Positions 26,013-38,697 of a DNA stretch of 64,000 nucleotides are shown in pieces. Every line of letters begins with the position of its first letter. Position 1 is the stretch's first letter. Position numbers and translations under genes: made by a program. The notes beneath the pieces are model-generated. The model was not told where the DNA came from and ran no database searches. It saw only the letters and a list, made by a program, of their open reading frames with translations. This stretch comes from Paraspadella gotoi (Eukaryota; Animalia; Chaetognatha). The stretch lies in assembly GCA_051294375.1 (NCBI GenBank), contig CM119266.1, positions 17,850,087-17,914,086 of the forward strand. The letters are read 5' to 3'.

Positions 26013-28824
26013 ATGGAGCGCGCCGTCGGATTCCATTTGCCGGAAGACGACGCCGTCGCCATGGAGGAAATCCTGGCGGCGCTCCCGTCCCAAGATCTCA
26101 TGATGGAAGAGACTAAAAAATTCGTGGCCTTTGGCGAAATTTCGAACTGGAAGGAGAAGAGGGTTGAATCGAACTTTGCTCACGACTCTGATCATCTCAA
26201 GATGATCGCAAGATTTACGTCGTGCAGGTGAGACCGTTAAACCACGCTACATCCCAGAATCTATTTAGAAAACATGAGTTGATGTAAGCCTAGAAATTAT
26301 TATACAATATTACAATATGCAAATGAGCTTACTCTTTTTTTGGCAGAGCCGATAAAGTGGCCCATTTTCAATTGGAACATCTCTTGATCCTGATGGACGA
26401 ATTGGAAGAGAGGTTTCAAGAATGCCTTAAAATAGCAAGAATTTCTTTGAAGGAAAATTCTGTGGAAGTGAAGATAGAGGCCGAAGTGACGGAGGAAGCA
26501 GGTGATTGAGTCACTCTGGTGAAAAATGTGTGACCTTAATGACAAATGTGTGATTGTGATAAAAAAAAGTGTAATTGTGATGACACCTGCATGACTCGGA
26601 TGACTATTAATTGTGGTGGCAGGTCTGCGATTTAGATGTAAATGATGTCATCCAGGAACTGACATGACATGACCCTTCTGTAAATGATAATAACTATTTA
26701 GTATGTACTGAGATTACAAATTCTAGATTGAAATTTTTGATCTATTCACCAATCCTCGTCTCCTGCGACAGTCTCCTTCGACGTCCAACCCAACGATTTC
26801 TCTCCGGTCTCAAACAGCCACCACGAATCTGACCACCGCCTCCTCTCTCCTGTCGACGATCAACTCGAGCCTTCCGCCCTCGAGGCTCCGACCCAGAGTC
26901 CCGTCCGCTCGAACGAGAAGCTTTTTCTTCAAACGAAGAAGCGACGCGGAAGACGGAGAAAGCTGGAGCTACAGCTGCAGCAGCGGCAGATCGTCGCCGC
27001 GGCGTCACGGCCCCGGAGACGAAGAAAAGTGACGCCGAAGATCGAGGCTTCGGCGGACGAGGCGTTGGACGACCTCGTCTGTCGAATCTGTGGAGAGGCC
27101 TTCGCCGATAAGACCAAGCTCCACAAGCACGTTTGGAAGCACAACAGACAGAAGAGTCACATATGGTGATTCCTTTTTTGGTTTTAGTTTTTTGAAGAAA
27201 AAAAATTACTCTTGCGTTTTATCTTGTTTAGCGATATTTGTGGCAAAGGATTCTGGATGAAGTATCTCTTAACGGAACACAGATACACTCACACGGGTTA
27301 GTTAATGTCGCAGAAAAATTTCTGCAAGGTTATAAAAGGTTATTTTGTTTTTTGTTTTTTTCGGTAATTATAGTAATTTGCGACTTTCAGGAGAGAAACC
27401 TTACATCTGTTCAATATGCGGGGCGGCATTTGGACAAATGCAAAGCTTTAACGCCCACAAACGCGCCCATCGTTTCGAGACCAACTTAAAGACCAAAGAG
27501 CCTTCAGCCGATCCATCCTCGGACGGTTTAATCGGCGGGAATTCATCCATCTCCGAGCCCTCCGCTGCCGTAGAGCCTAGCAGCAATAGCGCCAGCGGCG
27601 GCCCCTCGCTGACTTGCCGATTCTGCGACAGAAAGTGCAAGACGCTGAGGACATTGGCCAATCACGAAAATATTCACACGGGCGGAATTTCGAAAAACTC
27701 CTACAAATATTTTATGGAGGTGAAGGAGAAAGAATTTCACGGCGTCAAAAAACACAGTTGCGAAATTTGCAACGAATCCTTCGCTTATCGAAACAGTCTC
27801 ACTTACCACAAGCGGAAGAGTCATCGTTTGTTCGTTTGGTGAGATGTTTACTTGAAATACTTTTGCGTTTATTGAATTAAAAATCCTAACAATCTTATAT
27901 AAATCTTCGCAATCTTCCAGCGTCAAGTGTGGAAAAGCTTACAACTGCAGCCAAGCTCTTAACAATCACCTTCGCGCCCACGTCGGCGAAAAGAACTTTG
28001 AATGTGTCGAGTGTCACAAAAAGTATTTGCATCAAACCGGCCTCCTTAAACACATGGAGATTCATGAAGGTAAAACGTTTGTCTGCGACGTTTGCAACAA
28101 AACCTTCACTCGAATCGCTTACCTTCGCAAGCATCAAGTCATGCACGGAGATCAGGACAAATACGCGGAAGTGAAGATGAAACGCGCCGCCAATTGTCGT
28201 AAGCAAAGGTCCGGAATGACGGACGAAGAGAAAGAGACTTACAAGCGAACGAGGCGCGAATACATGAGAGACTGGTTGGCAAAGAAGCGGAAGACTACGG
28301 CACCGCGCGCACCCGCATTGACGATGCCGCCGACGACGACGACGACCACATTGAGCCTGACTGCCGATTTCAAAGCGATTGACTCGGGTCAGCCAGCCTC
28401 CGTCGTGTCCGTCAAACGTTTAACGGTGGAACCAACGACGCAAACAGTAGCGCCGTCGCCGGTTTCCATGACGTCCAACACAGTGTTGCCGATTCATTCG
28501 TTGATGAAGGCGCCGCTTATTTCCGGCCCTCTGCCGGAGGCTGCCGTCATGATGAACACTTCCCTGGCGACGATCGTCGAGGCCGGCGGCGGCGTCGATG
28601 ATTTGAAGCCGCTCACTCTGACGATCCCTTCCAACATCTCCGTCTCCCTCGCCGTCCCCGACAATCTCCAGACAACGATGAACAATCTTGGCAACCCGGT
28701 GCAAATCCCAGCCAACGTTCTTCCCATCGCTTTGTCCAACGGGACAATAACCAACGTCCCCATCTCGATAACCAATGCCTTATTTTCAAACTCTTTGGCC
28801 ACATCCATTGCTTCTTCGCTTTGA
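26013..28824 (+). CDS. C2H2 zinc-finger protein with about 8 fingers and a low-complexity T/S/P-rich tail; about 6 exons
   Basis: Exons about 26013-26227, 26348-26501, 26818-27165, 27232-27296, 27391-27838, 27921-28824. Fingers include CRICGEAF..HVWKH, CSICGAAF..HKRAH and CDVCNKTF..HQVMH. Two introns split Cys codons in frame. Confidence 0.8.
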
Positions 28825-28973
28825 AAAAAACTGCCTCTCGTAGCTTTTTAGCAAGTTTTAAATTCGTATTTAAAACTGATCATGTAATATCCTCAAGAAT
28901 ATTTCGACTCTTTTTAAACATATTTTTTTACAATTTTCATTTTTTTTATCAATTAGGTAATAAAAATAGAAAT

Positions 28974-31358
28974 ATGGGGGACTTTGTGCAACGAGTGAGC
29001 GATCGATATCCTCTCCACTGGTTGGTCTGGGAGGATCGACCCGAACTCTTGGACAAAGAACTCGAGGCCAACGCCAACGTGATAGACAAAGAATTGTTGG
29101 ATCCTCGAGGAAGAACTCCTCTCCACCTCGCCGTCACTCTTCACCGTTTCAAGTGTTGCAAGGTTTTGCTCAAACATGGCGCCAATTCCAACGCAGAAAA
29201 TAGAGGTTTGCTTCTTTTCCCTCGTTAACCATTCTTGAGATAACTTCAATTGAAACTTGATATAAAAATTAAACCACATTTATTGTTTGGGAAGCCAGTT
29301 AATAAACTGGACTGAAAGTCTTGATTGAAAGCTTACCTGGGTTCTTTTGTGTTGTTGTCTTGTAAGAGGGAGGCCTTAACTCATCTTAGCCTAGATCTCC
29401 CGCGTATTACTGTTGACCGAAGCTTGTTCTATGCATCTTCTACTCAGAAACCGTAAGAATTACAAAGTCAGGAAACAAAGTTAATAGTTTTTACTAATTG
29501 TAGTCATAATAATTTTTACTAATTGTACTAATTATAAAACTAGCAATAAAACTATGATGTATGCTAATAAATCAACTTCTCCCCCCAAACTCCCTTCGAA
29601 AGGAAACTGGACAGTTCTTCAAGAAGCAGTCGCAACGGGCGACCCCGAGCTGGTGGCTCTCGTTCTGCAACATCGAGACCATCAGCGCAGCGGGGCACGC
29701 CTCTCGGGCATCCCGCAGTTGCTGCAGAAACTCCGCGAGGCGCCCGACTTTTACATCGAGATGAAGTGGGAATTCACGTCTTGGGTTCCGTTGGTGTCGC
29801 GCGTCTCTCCTTCCGATACGTACAGAGTCTACAAAAGTGGAGCAAACGTGAGAATCGACACGACTTTGGTCGGGTTCGATTCCATGAGTTGGCAACGGGG
29901 ATCAAGGAGCATGATCTTTCAAGGTTTGGGAGAAGTTTTGCTGCTTGGACCAACGATGTCATTTTTCTTTGGGTTCCGTTTCTATTAGTGATGTTCCTCA
30001 GTATTATATTACCCGAATTTCCGCTCCTCCCCATTATCTTCAAATCACTTCTCGTAAAAGGTTTCTCACTAACCACTTCTCACTTTCGGCTTCTCATCAA
30101 CCTCTTCCATCCAGGCCAATCCGACTCGGCCACTTTCCTCGAAATCAACCACGACGCCCACACGGTTGCCCGGGAGACGGTGGCCATTTTGCCCGAGCTG
30201 TCGGACGAAGAGATGGAGGCGTTGTCTCCGTCGGAGGAGGTGGTGGAGGCGCGACTCACCACTCCCGTCGTCACCACCTTCGTCGACACGGAGAAGATCG
30301 CCTTCGAGAGAAACAAATCTGGATTCATTCCCGGTTGGCGAAGCGACAAATCCGAAAATGTCTCCGGTTACAACTGCAAAGTTTTCACCGGTAGGGTCGC
30401 TTGAGCTTTAGTTTTTCTGTCGTGGGTAAACGCGTAAATGAGATACTCTGAATGTTTTAAAATAAAATGAATTGACGAAGACAGAAGTCTTCGAAATATT
30501 GTGATTTTCTCAATAAATAGTTCTGTCCTTTTTTTTTTTCGATATTCCAAGCATATCACTTTTATTTTTTTTTATTTTTTCGGATCCGTGGCACATCTTT
30601 TATATTAATATCGACTAATTCGTCTTCCCCCAAGCTCACAACGTCGAGGTCGTGACAAAAACTCGAACGGAGCATTTGAACGAAAAGGATCGAAAAGAGG
30701 CTCAGGGAGGAATGAACATCTTGCAGTCTTTCTTGGGGGTGGGGGACAAGGAAGAAGAGGAGGAGGAGGAAGAGGACTTTAGATCTCCGAAGACGCTTAG
30801 CATAAACGAGGCTGAAGAAGACGGATCTGCTCATTCTGGTAAATATTAAAAGTAGATAAATATTTATGAACAATAATTAATATAAATATTAATTTTTATA
30901 TTTCAAAAGTGACTTCTCCCAACGGCGTCCTTCCTCGCCTTGACCCCGACTTGCCCATGGACGAACCCGGGGAGATGGACTCTTTCCTGCATCAGCCGGG
31001 ATTTTCCTCGGTCGATCCCGACCCGCCCGTCAGGTCCTTCTCGCTGCCCAAACGCGATGCAGCCGACGCTGCAGCCGCTTTCGAGGTTTCTCCTTCTCAA
31101 AATCAACTCTCGCCCGCGTCGGTGGAGACGAACAGCGAAGACCCCGCCTCGCCCTCTGCCGGTGAGAATCTTTCAAAAATTTACAAGTGAGTTAAAGGTT
31201 TTATGAATACTTTCCTTATCCACCAGGCGCTGGAGCTGTCGCCGTCTACGCCGCCGCCTCCGCCGCCGCCTCCGGAAATAATAAACGACACGACCCGAAT
31301 CCTCTCGGTTTGACAGCAGAAGAATATTTCGAAGAGGATGCCGCCGACATAGCTAGTA

Positions 31359-31406
<48 letters not shown>

Positions 31407-33335
31407 TTAGCAAATGATTAGCAAATGTCCATCCAGACGATCGGGACGTGGGTCGAACGATCGAAGAGCAAATCAAAACGCAAAAGTTCAAAGCGACGCT
31501 TTGGTTGAGCGAGGATTATCCTTTGCAGCTCCAGGACCAAGTCCTCCCTATCATTGATCTCATGGCACTCAACAATGCTTGGTTCAAGAAATTGCGCGAC
31601 TTCATCACATTACAGGTGAGGCTTGTGACATGCTTTCTTCTGATTATATAGTTTAGTTTCTTGTGTAACCTTCAATGATAGCTAATTGAAACCATATTAC
31701 AATTTGATCAATCGGTTACCACCCAATTCTTGACCGGCTCACTCTTCCTCTCCCCTTCTCAGTTGCCCTCGGGTTTTCCCGTCAAAATCGAGATTCCGCT
31801 CTTTCACGTGATGAACGCTCGCGTCACCTTCTCCAACATATTCGCGATGGATAACCCCGTCGAAGGTGTCCACATGTTAGAGGATGTTCAAGGTTATTGT
31901 CCACGAGAGAGTTTATTTTGGAAAGTTTAAAAGTCCAACTTGTTCATAACGGTGAGTGTCGTTTGACTAGGTACTGTCAATTGCTGCGTGGACGACGTCT
32001 GCTTCGAAGTCCCTCCCGGATACCGACTATCGACCGGCTACGACCCCATGGGCAACGTCTACGGCGGCCCGAGGGGGCTTCAGGGTAGACTGTATGACGA
32101 GGAGGACGCCATGTTGCAGTACGCCATTCAACAGTCGCTGCTGGAGTCCGGCAATGGGTGAGTGGCCTAAGAGCCTAAATCAGTGTGTTGGAGGGAGAAT
32201 CTTGCGAATTCATTTCAATCTCAGTCAATTTAAGTCTAACTTGATAGAACATTGTTAAACTTTGTTTAACTGATGATTATGATTATTATAAGAGGGTATG
32301 TTCGCCAAAGATAAGATGAGCATATAACTAGGTACCAAGAGGTTCAGTGCAAACAGTAGAACATTTCATTAATATCTCACTTGAATTAACTTGATTAGAC
32401 TTATGGCAATCGACAGGGAAGAGCAAATATCTGTCTGGGAGGCCATCAACGGCGGCGTTGGCAACCACGGCAAACCGGACGGAATGCCTCAGCCTCTTCA
32501 GCCCGTCAACAGGGCTCCTTCCAATATCAGGGATGAGGATCGGTTATTGCAGGTGAAATCTTTGTCCGCACTCAGCCTTATTTCTATGGCTGATCGGGCT
32601 AAATCACCTCGTCTTAACCGTGCATTCTGGGTTCAATCCCAGGGTATCCCCGTTCTGGCTAAAATATATGACGGGACTGGTGTAAACCTGCCAGTGACAG
32701 GAGGGTGTTAATTAGGGTCCGCAGTTCTACGCCAGTTAGTGAGATACCCCCACCCCGGGTATCACAGTGAAATCACATTGAAATGTCTGATATTATTATT
32801 ATTTGTAAAACAAAACGATCGTTAAACTTTACTCAGAATATTTATAAAATTAGAAAAGTAAAATTCTAGGAAGACCGATTTAAAAGATATAAGAAATAAT
32901 TTAAATTGCTACAATATGCAAATGAGATTGAGAAACTATCTCTTTTGAAATGAAACTTAAATTACTCTGCTCCAACTACACTCAGGCTGCCATAGAAGAA
33001 AGCATGAGAATGCATCAACGACAAAAGGCGGTGGAGGAAGGCAACCTGGAAGCTTTGGACGAGCCCGACCCTACCGCTATGGTCAGCGCTTGAGAAGATA
33101 TCTGTGTAATGTTTAGTAATTTTCGAAATATTTATGTATTTATACGAGTCCCAAATATTTTAAGATTCCCATCACGGTCCCCGAGGTGTCGGCCTCCCTG
33201 CCGCGTGAAGAGGAGGAGCAGCTTCGCCTGGCGCTGCAGCTCTCGCAGCAGTTCGAGGACGAAGAGAAACAGCGCCGCCAGCGGGAGGAGGAGGAACTGG
33301 AAAAGATTCTCGCTTTGAGTCTTACCGAGAAATAG
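28974..33335 (+). CDS. ANKRD13: Ankyrin repeat domain-containing protein 13 (A/B/D type, with C-terminal UIMs)
   Basis: [54 protein letters not shown] and [16 protein letters not shown], plus four UIM-like motifs ending [15 protein letters not shown]. Confidence 0.93.
31362..31401. repeat. (GA)n microsatellite in an ANKRD13 intron
   Basis: About 20 GA units. Confidence 0.95.
32563..32768 (+). mobile_element. 5' half of family B LTR, including the tRNA-like head (diverged, truncated)
   Basis: Aligns to 63071-63272 (TGGCTGATCGGG...GGTTCAATCCC...GAGATACCCC..CGGGTATCACAG). Confidence 0.8.
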
Positions 33336-34917
33336 TGGGCGTGGCCCGCGGAGAATGGTGGGCGTGTCTAGTCATTCAGTTACGGTTGGCATTCCAGCTT
33401 ATTTCTTTTTTGTGTAATGAAACGCAGCATTTTCGAAGTATCTCTGACTCTTGATTGGTTGAATAGTTCATTTTTTCGCGCGCGTATTTAGCTTTTGTGT
33501 GGATTTTGAACGTTTATACAGTTACTACTTCGTAATTAATAGAAATCGTAGCAAAACTTAAAAAAGCGAACGCTTCAGAGATTTCTTCTTTTATTTTTTT
33601 TTATTCACGGCTTAATTACAAGATTTATTTTTATTTCGCCCAATTTTTTTCGCTCCCGAACCGAAGCGCTGATTTATATGCATAATATGCCTGTAAATTT
33701 TTCTAGGTTTTGTTTTTTTACTCAACCCATGGTCGTATGTTAAAGCACGGCGTTCCCTTTTTTTGAATTTAATGAGAAAATCTTGATATATACATCATAC
33801 AATATACATCTAAAATATTCTTTTCGAATTTAAATAATATTTTGTGGGTTTTTGTTTAAATATTAATGATTTACATTTTGCCGGGTCTTTTTTCATTCAA
33901 ATCGAAAAAGGTAATGTTGTGAGTAATGATGCTCGTTATTTGTTTATTTTGGTTTTTGTGGCAAATCGATTATCAGAAACGACGACAAAGCTCATCTCCT
34001 TCAGCAATGAAGTCTTTATCTCACTCCTTTTCTTTCTCTCTCTCTTCAATGTCTTTAGACTTTCTTGAAGAATTAATTGCTTAGTTGAATTTTGTCCGAA
34101 TCACTTGCCACAGTTTTTTCAACTGTTTTTGTTATTGCATTGATTTTTTTTGTTAAATTTCACATAATTGTATTTATTAATTAAAGTTCTTGCCAATGGA
34201 AAATTGTTTTTACTTTAATCAACGAAAAAAATTAATCTTAATTTATAATTTGTTCCTAATCTTTTACGATTATGTAATTTTTGATTAAGTAATAGGTTTT
34301 ATAAAATAGTTTCTTGATTAATTTTTTCGAAGAGTTTCGAGAGGTTGACAAGGATGAGCGACCGACATTCAAAGTCAAGAAAAACAAAAAAGATTAGAGG
34401 ATAGAAAATCTCTACAAGTACAACGGAACTTCATCGTCCACATTTGACGATTTCTGTATGACAATATTTCGGTGAATTTTATTGTTTTTTCTTGTACCAG
34501 TTAGTCAAGCGGGAGTCATCGGAAGCTAAAGGCCGTTAAGCTAGTTTCAAATGAAACTACATTTCACCAATGCGATTGTTAAATTGATTCTTATTTGAAT
34601 TTCTACATAAAAATATAAATAATTATTATAACTATTTTAACGATTTAAATGACTTGTTCATCAATGCCACAGCATATCCAGAAATAAATCCAAACGTGAG
34701 GTGCAAAAAAAGAAAACTATCGATTAACTCGATAAAATCAAAACTGAAACTCTTAAAAACTTTAACGCTGTCCGCCATCGGATCCTCCACCCTCCAAATC
34801 ACCAACCACTATCCAGTCCACCCGCTACGTCTTCCTCCGTCACCCCAACCGCGTCGTCGACCTCACCCTCTGCCCCAAAGACTCCCGTCAACTCATCCAA
34901 ATCTTGCCGTCGTAAAG

Positions 34918-37900
34918 ATGGCGTCTCCAACTTCGGGGATTCAGCTGTTGTTGGCTGCGGAGAAACGCGCTGCAGATAAGGTTTTATTTGAATTTTTCTT
35001 TCGCCGCTTTTAATCGTGACTTTTTTATCTCGCCAGACGGGCGAAATGTTAATTCGTTTTCGCTTCTTTTGACCGTCGTCGTCGTCGTTACGCTGTTTTA
35101 GCATAAAAAATAGCTTAAGTGTGTTACCATAGGAAGTTAAAAATTTAGATATAGCTCTATCAGTTTATTTCTCCACTCGTTTGTTTTTATTTATAAAACA
35201 AATTTTATATAAATATACGAGTTCAGCTGTCCAGCTCTCTTTTTTTTATCGTTGTCGTCGGCGTTCCAAATTATAGATCGCCTTTTTTATGATTAAATTT
35301 GGGTGTATGAAGCTGAAAATTTATATACAGCTTCTCATCATCGATGTGCTTAAAATTGAGTCTGGACAGTTATTAAATGTTTTGTTTATGTTTTATCAAA
35401 ACAAACAAATTTTCTCTCTTTTATTTTTATATTTCTTTCTCTCTCTCTTTCTTTTTTAATTACATGTCTCTCTCCCTCTCTCTTTTCCCTAGTCACTGAT
35501 TCATAACATAATATTATATTATATTATATATTTTATATATATATATATATATTATATATATTATATTGGTTGTACCAATTTCATAAGGGAAAAAAACGAG
35601 TCTGCAGCTGGCTCTGCAGGGGCTTTTTCTTTTTCTCTCTTTTTTCCTGCTGCTTTTGCTGCTGCCTTTTGATTTCTTTTTTTTCTCTCTGCGTTTTTGT
35701 TAAAAAAAATTGAAATAGGATTGAACTGGTAAAATTAGGCATCGCATTCGTGCATGTTATCATTTTGCTATCGCAACATCAGGTTTTTATTTTTTTTTCT
35801 CAGGGGCTGCGTCTGCTGATTAATTTATTTTTTGACAATGAAATTTTTTTTCTGTTTATAAATTAATTTTCTTTTCTCAAATTTTATTTTTTTTAGTATC
35901 AAAATTTGTTGTCAATCCAGATTTTTCTCATGCTATTGCGACGATCCTTATGCTTTTAAGATTTTTTAAATATATGTCGCTCTCTCTCTTTCTCTTTTAA
36001 TTATGTTGCTCTTTTTTTCCGTCGCTGCTTCTTCTGATTTTTTTTTTTTTTTCTCTCTCTCTTTTTTTTTCTCTTTCACTCATACACGTATTTTTTTTAT
36101 ATTTACAATTAATGATTCATTGCGTCAATGAATGACTATCATCGCGATAATGAATGATTATTATCGCATCAATGAATGACTATCATCACATCAATGAATG
36201 ACTATCATCGCATCAATGAATGACTATCATCGCATCAATGAATGACTATCATCGTATCAATGAATGACTCTCATTGTATCAATGAATGACTCTCATCGTA
36301 TCAATGAATGACTCTCATCACATCAATGAATAACTATCATCGCATCCATCATTTGGTTATCATCGCATCAATCTTTGGTTATCATCGCATCAATATTTGG
36401 TTATCATCGCATCAATATTTGGTTATCAACGCATCAATATTTGGTTATCATTGCATCAATTTTTGGTTATCATCGCATCAATAATCAAAACTATTACATT
36501 AATAATTTGTTATAGCATCAATCATTCGGTTTTTTTTTTCAGAATTTTTCATTAATTTTCTTTGATTGTCTGGCGAGATCACTATACTTAAGAGTCTACG
36601 TCGTTTTTAGAAATCGAGGAAGACTTTTTCAATGGAGATTTTCGTTCAAATCTGACTACCATACAATATAAACGCTCCTGGTAAAAATTCTGGTAAAATA
36701 TCTATATAAAAACACTTGATTCCGATCCTGTTGTATCTGAAGGGCTCGCATTTTTTTTCTCTTGTCAAATCATAAACATCTTGATATCAAACAAGCCAGA
36801 ACAAATAGACTGCTTCTGGACGGAAAAATTTTCCATCTCTGATTTTATATAGAAATGAAAGGGATTTTTTTTCTTGAAAACGATATAAACGTGACTGAGG
36901 TATGTTCCTGTTCAACAAATGAGGTCCAATTTTGGAATCCTTTGGCAAAGTGTCTGAAGGGCTCTCAAAATTTTTCTTTACATTTTATTTGGTTATTTTG
37001 ATATGATACGAACATGGTAAAGTGAATTAGTCCATTTTGGTGAAATTTTTATTTAAAGTAAAAGTAAAAGAGGAGCTAATGATCGGAATTCTAAGAGTTT
37101 TCAACCGGGAGTCAGATTCGAGAGAAATCTTCTATGGCGAAAATCTTCCAAAGAAGGGGTGGATTTTCCGAAGATTTTGGTTAATATTTTCTATATTTAT
37201 GGTCGGATCTTTTTGAAACTTAATATTAACAATATTTCCATCATTCTACATTGGCCGGTATAAGAATATATTAAAAAAACCTCGGGCTTTGTTCGTCAGA
37301 GCTTAGTCCTACTATACTTTTAAAATTTTTTAGGTTTTTGTCGGGGATTCTAAAGTTTATAGAAAGTTAATTTAAATTAATAATGAATTGATAGGGGTTT
37401 AAACTAAAGTAATGCGATTGAACCCATTATTATAATATTATAATATTATTATTATAATCACATTATTATATCCCTAAAATGACATCATAATTTTGATCGT
37501 TGATTTGTGAGTATTAATTAACAAACTAAATATCCTTCGACACGAATTTTACTTCAAGACGACTTAATAAATGAATTGACACTCGGCTAAATTAATAAAT
37601 ATTTAAATTAAATTAAATCCGATGATTAGACATCAGTTTCTCCCAGACAGCCAATATGGAAGTGTTTTCCGCTTATTTTGTCATATAAAAAATATGAATA
37701 ATATAAATTTAATAAAAATACTGCGCACATTCTTGATTTTTCAACTTTTTTTTACTCTCCTCCCTCTTTCGAACAGGTGGATCAGGCGCGAAAGCGAAAA
37801 GCGAAGCGCCTGAAGCAGGCGAAAGACGAAGCCCAGGCGGAGGTGGACGCCTACAGGGAAGAGCGGGAGGCGGGATACAGGGAGACGGAGGCGAAGCATA

Positions 37901-38161
37901 TGGGGTCGCGCGGGGATCTCGAAGCGAAGATCAACGAGAGGACCGAGGTCAAGTTGAAGGAAATCGACGGAGATTACGAACGTGAGAGTCCTTAACATAG
38001 TCATTATTATACTGGTTTTGAATTATGAATTAACATTAATATATTGTTTTTTCCCATTGTTTGTTCTTTCAGGAAACAAGGAACAAGTGTTGAAGAATCT
38101 CTTGGATTTGATCGTCGACGTTGAGCCTCAGTTGCACAAGAATCAAAAAAGCCTCAATTGA
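34918..38161 (+). CDS. ATP6V1G: V-type proton ATPase subunit G, 3 exons (34918-34980, 37777-37981, 38073-38161)
   Basis: [45 protein letters not shown]...VEPQLHKN; splice phases are consistent. Confidence 0.95.
36122..36482. repeat. 22-bp minisatellite array (AATGAATGACTATCATCGCATC grading to AATATTTGGTTATCATCGCATC)
   Basis: About 16 head-to-tail units without spacers, inside the Helentron-like element. Confidence 0.9.
36590..37311. mobile_element. hAT-like MITE (about 720 bp), copy 1
   Basis: 8-bp TSD CTATACTT, right end TCCTA and a degenerate left end. Near-identical to 48451-49182. Related diverged sequence at about 43230-44640. Confidence 0.75.
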
Positions 38162-38697
38162 GCGGAAATGTCAAATGAGATCAACTTTTCATATTTTTTT
38201 TAGCCTACTTACTTACTTACATTTTATAACAATCATGGTAGATTTAATGTGGATTTTTTTTTTTTTTAGTAGGCCTCTTTAGGCCTTTGGACCATTTGGA
38301 ACTAAAAAACCAACTTCTATAGAATCAAAATGACAAAAATAAAAGTGATCCTTTACTCTTTTTGTTAATCTATCTAATCTATGTACTTCTTTTCATTAAT
38401 TATTAATTACAATATTGTTGACAACAAAAAATCACGAAGCAAATTCTAAGTCATAACAGGCAGCGCCTTTTGGTATATATTTAATTATTTATGAATTCGA
38501 TTTCTTCCATACTTATATATATTTTTCGAACATTCCTTTTTCTCATGGTGAAATCTGTGTAGAAAAAAAATTCCATTTTCTATCGGTGAACTTTTCCTTT
38601 CAAGTTTCGTGAATATGATATAAACGATCGAAAACTTAATTCGTGAGATTAATCGAAAACAACAACGACCAACAACCACGACGTCGATATTGCCGTC

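Noticed and set aside
36122-36482. CRISPR array
   Set aside because: Units are head-to-tail without unique spacers, there are no cas genes, and the context is a eukaryotic intron.
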